From Laetmonice hystrix (Eukaryota): DNA of 60,000 nucleotides. The DNA lies in the NCBI GenBank assembly GCA_965235115.1, contig OZ249436.1, positions 34,164,001 through 34,224,000 on the forward strand, in the 5' to 3' direction. Both the position numbers and the translations under genes were made by a program. Every line of letters starts with the position of its first letter. Position 1 is the first letter of the stretch. The notes under the pieces were generated by a model. That model saw only the letters and a program-made list of their open reading frames with translations. It was not told the DNA's origin and ran no database searches. Shown here piece after piece: positions 53,501 through 60,000 of the stretch.

Positions 53501-55036
53501 TGTATAGCCCATAGGTAATGACAGCACTGCTAGAATAAAGGCACCCATTAGATGAACGACTTGAAATGATTGAAATGAATAGAACCTCTCTTCTGGAAAC
53601 TGAAATTGATACTATTAACTTTAATGGTTCACCCTAAGTGAGGGGACCAAACGCTGTAACACTTTATCCTGAGGGGTTTTGTCATAACGTCTCCTGAGAT
53701 AACTTTTTGTCTCTATGCCGCAAGGGCCGTTTAATTCGAGACTAAACCAAACAAAAATAAAAGCTTACTTCAATTTGATTAAAGTTTTTTTGGGGTACGC
53801 TTATGAAAAAGAATTGTTTGGATATTCGGTTGTGACTGGTTTACAATGACCTTTTCCGAAGATGTCATTAAAAAACCGAAATATGTTCCACTTATCTTCA
53901 TGCTTTCTTTTTCTTCTTTCTCCTTCGAACTTTCGAAGCCTTGATTTCATTTTCCAAATCATACCATGTCGACTGAGTAAGAGGATCCAAAGCACACCCT
54001 GACACCGGCAGGCCAGTCGCTTATTCGATGTTATAAGATAATTATAAATCATTTTTTAAATTGAGTGCTGTGGTCCCTTAGCTAACCGTGTGAAGATTTG
54101 ATATCCTCAAGTCGCCTCTCCTCTAACTGACATCTTCTAGAAGATGGCCATGACAGGTCTGGGCCTTTGCCATGCGATGCTGGAGGCCAAAACGTCTTAC
54201 CACTGATCGGCTAACTCTTGGAGGAAAAGGTTTAGGAGCATTTCAACTCAGACCTATGTGATGGAGCCTGTCATCTTATGTGACAGCCTCCTCTGAGCAA
54301 GGCTGTTTTCGTCAAAAGAAAAGTAGTGACTGAGAAGAATCAGACCCCGCTGAGGTGATGTTTTAGTCTGTGGAACATAAGATAAATTTATGAAATGGGC
54401 ATCGAGCGGTAAAACGGCACAAGCAGAAATATTGCAGAACTTTAAAAAATGCTAAGATAGGATTTGCATCAGTACGGAGGATGGGGTTTCCGTTTTTGAT
54501 GCCACAAATCACTTTCTTTATCGGTCAGCAGTAGGATTACTTCCATGTTGTGTAGGATTCTGATTTTCGAACGGATCGACAAATGCTACCAGTAAGTAGT
54601 GGCAGAATGTGCCGTCCAGACATCTTGATCCAAAAGGGTAATAAATTAATGGTAATATCTGATTATTTTACAATTCAAATCACCATTCTGGCCAATAACC
54701 AGTTTGAGAACTGTCTTTGTGTTATTTTAATGATCCATACACTCCCTGTGTCCAAGGTCGTGGGACACCCTGTACATATAACGTAATTTGTTCAGAAGCC
54801 ATTAGTAAGATGTTCCCAGCATGAACTTTACGTTTTTAAAATATTGATTCTCTTTATATCTTTTTTCAATCAAATTGTAGAATGCAGGACATGGATGTTG
54901 AAAATGATAAAGGTCATGAATAACTACTAAATAACTACTAAAAACAAACTACACAAAGGGATACATAGTAAACCTGACAGGGCTCCGAGAACTGTTACTG
55001 TTCAAATTCTGTTTACAGGAGAATGGGGGTACGTAG

Positions 55037-55636
55037 TACGGTGGCCCAGAAGTACAAACTGCTGTACTTCACAGACAATTCCTTTGCTTCACAGTGAAAT
55101 TCCTTCAATTCACAGTGAAATTACTTGTCTTCACAGACAATTATACTTCGCTTCATTTGCACTGTCAAAGTCCTTGGCTTCACAGTAGAAGTCCAGGGGG
55201 TGTTTCAATATATGCGTCGGACCGTCCGACTGGCGAGGGACACTCCGTCGCTTGGTTGTTGGGCCTGCAATTTTTGGTCCGTCGCCGGTCGGACGGTCCG
55301 ACGCGCTTATTGAAACACCCCCTGGTCTTCGCCCTGAAATTTTTGGACTTCTCAGTTATTTCAATTCCTTGTCTTCTCAGTCAATTTCTTGTCTTCTCAG
55401 AAAATTCTTGTGAAGCGAAGGAACTGTATGTGAGGGTAAGGAACTGTATGAGAAGGCAAGGGATTTGCCTGTGAAGAACAAAAAACTCAGTGTGAAAGCC
55501 AGGAATTCCACTGTGAAGCGAAGGAATTCCACTGTGAAGCGAAGGAATTTCACTGTGAAGACAAGGAATGTCACTGGGAAGCAAAGGAAGTTCAAATTGA
55601 CTGAAGTACAACAGTTGGTACTTCTGGGCCACCGTA
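55037..55636. mobile_element. Non-autonomous DNA transposon (MITE) with ~35-bp TIRs and inverted arrays of ~21-bp subterminal repeats
   Basis: Left tacggtggcccagaagtacaaactgctgtacttca versus right tgaagtacaacagttggtacttctgggccaccgta (reverse complement, 2 mismatches). Left-arm repeats cttcacagtgaaattcc are mirrored by right-arm repeats ggaatt(c/t)cactgtgaag. Confidence 0.92.
55194..55324. mobile_element. 131-bp hairpin MITE nested inside the 55037-55636 element, 3-bp GTC duplication
   Basis: cagggggtgtttcaatatatgcgtcggaccgtccgactggcga pairs with tcgccggtcggacggtccgacgcgcttattgaaacaccccctg. GTC flanks both sides (55191-55193 and 55325-55327). It interrupts the host's 21-bp repeat array. Confidence 0.9.
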
Positions 55637-58600
55637 GTACGGCATTTTATTTCTGTATTTCCGACATAGCAAATATTACGAATCCCGTGGAAAAAAATAT
55701 ATCATTTACCTGCCATAGTTGATGTATTCCATGTATCCTATCAACATTGTTAAAACTTAGCATTCCAAAAAAACATCGCACGTCACGGCATCAACATCAA
55801 GAAATAAGCGTGTCATTTATTGAGGTCAAAGTAATGCACATTTAAAATTGTTATTTTGAATGACAAATTGAAATTTAATTTATCGTTGTGATGTACATTT
55901 GTATTTACTGTTGTAATAGAGTACCTTAACGATGTTAATTTTCAACATAATGAAATCTAGTTGACGTATAACGATATTTTGAAGTAGCAGCTTCAGTCCA
56001 GAACAATTCGTTATAAATCATGTTTCTTGCGAGAAGCCTGCATATGTCAAACTCCTGCTATAGTTTACAAATGATATACATTTGGCAAAGTCTGATTTCA
56101 TGAAGACGATATTTCGTAAATATATGTGAATTTATAAGATGAAGGCATTCGAGGGTTTTTGCCTGGCATATTTACGTGCAAATGGTGTGAAATGAAGTTT
56201 ATTGCTCAAACAATATGTCTTAATGAAATTGTCAGCTGGGTGAGGTTGCAGTGACTGGTTGATCATAGGAGCACAAAGGAGGAAAGAGGCGGCGGCAGGG
56301 AGACCGAGGTTTGGGATGCTAGAGACACTCTCTGATTAAGGCAACCACTGATAGTTCATTACAGCCTCCAATACTTCATCAACACAACCAGAGCATCAGC
56401 ACCCAGCTGACTGCCACCAGATTTTACCACTCATAGCTGTCCAGGCCCAGCGAAATGAGAACGACTAAGGAGGGTAATTAGAACTGCAGTCATTAAGGTA
56501 AATCTGACTGAAGGAATCTTGACTACTGATTTCCCCACCCCGGGCACCAAACCCTCATCAGACGTCTATCTGGAGTTTTTTTTAATCACACAAGTACTTT
56601 TTCCTCCTTCAAGAGGCAATCCTAAAGGAGTGCAGGACAATGGCAGGTTTGCACTCTGATGTAAACGGCACCTGTAATTGCGGGGATACTGAGATGGGTG
56701 TGTCAACATCACGCCATACCTTCATCATTTGCCCCCAAACAAAACTACATTTCAGGCTAACATTCTCTGTGTTCAGTCAGCACCGTCTAACGTTGCATAC
56801 AGGGGGCAACATGAGTGGAAAATATGAGACCTCTAGGGGTTTTTTTTTGAAAGAAAAAAGTGTTGATGTGAAGAGAGATCGGTGAGATCACACTTGTGGG
56901 CTCGGGTTGTTGGCATTAGACGAAAGGTATGAAGGTGGACGGGGGCCAAGCCATCGGGACACATCTTTAGACAACATCACGGCTCTTTGTGGCTGGCACA
57001 CCGGGCTGAAACCTCAGCCTGCACCCGGCTGAAACGGGATCTCCACTGTAAACAGCACCATTGTGGCACTGCACGGTGATCCAATGGCTCGTTGATTGGC
57101 ACCAGCCAGGGCTGGTTGGGTCTCACTGATTGAGGAATGGCCTTAAATAGTTGGTCTTGGTTTTACCCAATCTATACACCTCACATGTACTTTGTAGGTG
57201 GGATTTTTACATTTATATTATAATGACAGTGTTAACCTATTCCAGGTACTCAACGAGGAAATAATCAAACAATCGATGTAGAGTTTTGTCCCTTCTCTCT
57301 GTACTTCAGTAGAGGGTAAAATAAAAGTGACTTTATGACATTTCTTTAAGAGGGTCACTTATAAGGTGTCCCAAATGGGCGGACTAACAATATTTTAGCA
57401 ATGATAACACTGTGTGGTGGCAAGTTTAAAAAAAAAACATGACCACACATATCGTGTTGCGAGCGGTTATTCCTTTAAAAACAGTCCCCATACAATGGTG
57501 TTTATTTTTAAATTTGTCAATAAGAAACTGGTTAGAATAATTGTTTCAAGGTCTGCTGATATATCATAATTACTGTTCAAACTCACTGGTGGTCCTTTAG
57601 CCTACAGCCAATAAAAAAAGTATGAAATCTATTTTTTGAGTGTGAACCCCTTATGGCTGAAGCTCTTAAATAATGTTAATTTCACACTAATATGACAGTA
57701 ATGATGACCTGGTGTACCTCTTGATTCTAACCCTTACTGGCCTGCATGCCTCCTATTACACAAAGAAATCGTTTCAAAGTGTTTTAAGTATGAAATACAC
57801 TGGAAACTTACCAGGGGTACCTTGTGACCAGCTGTTCAACATCATCAGCTTCATCATTGCACGTCACCAAGTGTATCCTGTGCTGACCCTATAGTAGAGG
57901 GTAAAGGTTGGGCAGGGTATACACTTGGGGTAGAATGACCCTGGACGATTACAAACTGATCCCTCTATGTCCCAAGATGGAATGAATTTATCATCTTAAA
58001 TGACTACTGAAAGATCCATGGTAGTAATTTTCTCCCCACCCCTTCCTGCTGGTCGCCAGACCTGATCTTAATATTTGTCAGGTCAATAAGGAAAAGAAAA
58101 AAAGGTGTCGGGGGGAAAGGGGGAAGCTTGTGGCAAGGGGTTTGGTAAGCAAACAAACAGGGGTTAGGTATCTAATGAAAGGCGGCCACCATGTAACCCA
58201 ACCCATGTGTCAATTTCAGTGCGAGATGAGCTGCTGAGTGAAACTGTAGGAAAAGCAGGTCTGTAGGGCTGTGGCACAGACGGCGAGTAAATCACATGGA
58301 AAGGGATGATCAATGAGTAGGGAGGAAGGAGGAGATTTGTCAACTTGCCAGGCTGAAACAAGAGGAGAATTTGGGTATTTGAAGTGGGTGGTGGTGGCGG
58401 GCGTGGTGGTGGACAGGGTTCCATTTGAAACATCATCTGTGCCTCCCTCCACCCCCACCCCCACCCCACACACCATGGCCTGGGTGGACTGTGACATGCT
58501 ATAGACTCTGGACAGAGAGAGAGAGGAACTGGCAGTAACGTATCCCTGCGGGACAGTCGTCATGCGTACATTATGACCGCAGCCATACGTCGTGTGGACG

Positions 58601-59485
58601 TGAACGGACGCTATATTATGATGTTTGAACCTTCACTTATCCCTGATAACCGTACACCCAACCTTACTACAATCAGTCGTCGATTGGCGACATGATTATG
58701 AGTGACTGTACCATTATACTGCCGGTTCTACAAATACATTAAACAGTAAACAGTGTTTCAATGCCCTGCCTTTAGCGGCCCTTCACAATATGCCAATATT
58801 CAGGACCTCAATTTCAATGCTTATTGTATTAAACGACCTCGATCTACAGTGTGCATCTTAGGCAGTTTGAACTGATAGACATAATTCAATTTCTAAAACA
58901 GTTATCGGCATTACAAAACTTATATACGGACACCTTGAGATCGTCGGGTCTGATGTCTATAGCGCCCTATCAAGTCGGTGTGCCCTTTGCTCATCGTAAA
59001 CAGTCTTATTACCACCAGTCCTCAGGGCTGGAGGTGAGTTACATATATTATTAACATATTCTGTGGGGATGATAACATCATGGATGTTATGACGAAACCG
59101 GCACATATCTGGACACGACGCCATCCTAGGACTTTAACCAAAAGTATAGTAAGGGCCTTTTATGTGCCGCACTCGTTAGACACTGGCCTGGATTCTACAT
59201 GGGGCCAATATTAGGTAGTGTAGCCCAGTTACATAACATATATCTAGAGATACACTAAAAGATCCCGACACACCACCAGTCGAGAGACCACAGGGTGAAG
59301 TGTATACTCTGGGCCCATGTATTGGACCATTTTATAATCAGCTCGGGTCCTGATCCAAATCCCTTCATTATCCGAATTTATTCCTCATAATGATAATGAA
59401 CCTGAAAATACTAGGACTACATCGCCCCCTATACTTTCTCCCCTTACAGACCCCCGCCTCAGGATCATAATGCCATGCGAGGCCC

Positions 59486-59502
59486 GCCTCAAGAGGGCGC
59501 TG
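59486..59502 (+). promoter_or_regulatory. CTCF-like motif
   Basis: gcctcaagagggcgctg resembles the CTCF core CCASYAGRKGGCRS; motif only. Confidence 0.25.
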
Positions 59503-60000
59503 GTGTCTGTGATGCAGATTAGCTACAAGTGGTGTTGAGAGAGTTGTAGCCTTCAGTAGATAACGTAAGGGTTGGGAAGCTAGCGAGGCCCACGACACGC
59601 AGGGGTCAATCAGCGGTGTCAACAGGCCGACCGCCCGAGTATATTTGCTGATGTATTGACTTCTGACAGTGCAATGAGCACGGAATTGGTCAGAGATCAC
59701 AGGCCGGTCACCCCGGCGACACGGCCACCACCTCCGGGAATTACGGCCGTCTTGGAAAGCATGCTTCACTGGGTCGGCACTGGGCGGTGAGGCTTACCGT
59801 AAGGGACAGCAGCCGCCGTGGAGGGAGTTGGTTGGGGGCGGAGGGTACGATAACTCCAGCACATCTGGGTCACATTGGTCCGCCGTAACCCAAATTAAAT
59901 ATTGACGCCAGGTTAAACAATAGGTCAGGAGGAATGGACCTGCAGGTCAAGAAAGCCACGACCTTGTCTCACCTGCCAACCAGCCGGGGTGACCTCAGAG

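Noticed and set aside
1..60000. tRNA/SINE, snRNA, conserved bilaterian miRNA or hammerhead ribozyme
   Set aside because: By-eye checks found no A/B-box pair with cloverleaf, no remembered mature miRNA sequence and no CTGATGA/GAAA core with stems. An Rfam/tRNAscan search is needed to exclude them formally.

Overview
Eukaryotic (animal-like) non-coding DNA, most likely a long intron or intergenic region of an invertebrate genome; the taxon cannot be determined from sequence alone. No supplied ORF resembles a protein family I recognise: they are short chance ORFs or artefacts of tandem and triplet repeats. I recognised no tRNA, rRNA, snRNA, known miRNA or CRISPR array. Supported features are two clear non-autonomous DNA transposons (MITEs) at 1222-2079 and about 55037-55636, each in a nested configuration; at least seven minisatellite arrays (about 37, 33, 83, 93/80, 104, 38 and about 46 bp units); and several microsatellites. 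The most interesting signal is a near-textbook recursive-splice (AG|GT, zero-length exon) site on the + strand at 34560/34561, with a possible 5-nt microexon just upstream and a weaker look-alike at about 25014-25065. The window also alternates GC/CpG-rich patches, dense in AGGTCA/TGACCT half-sites, with AT-rich spacers.
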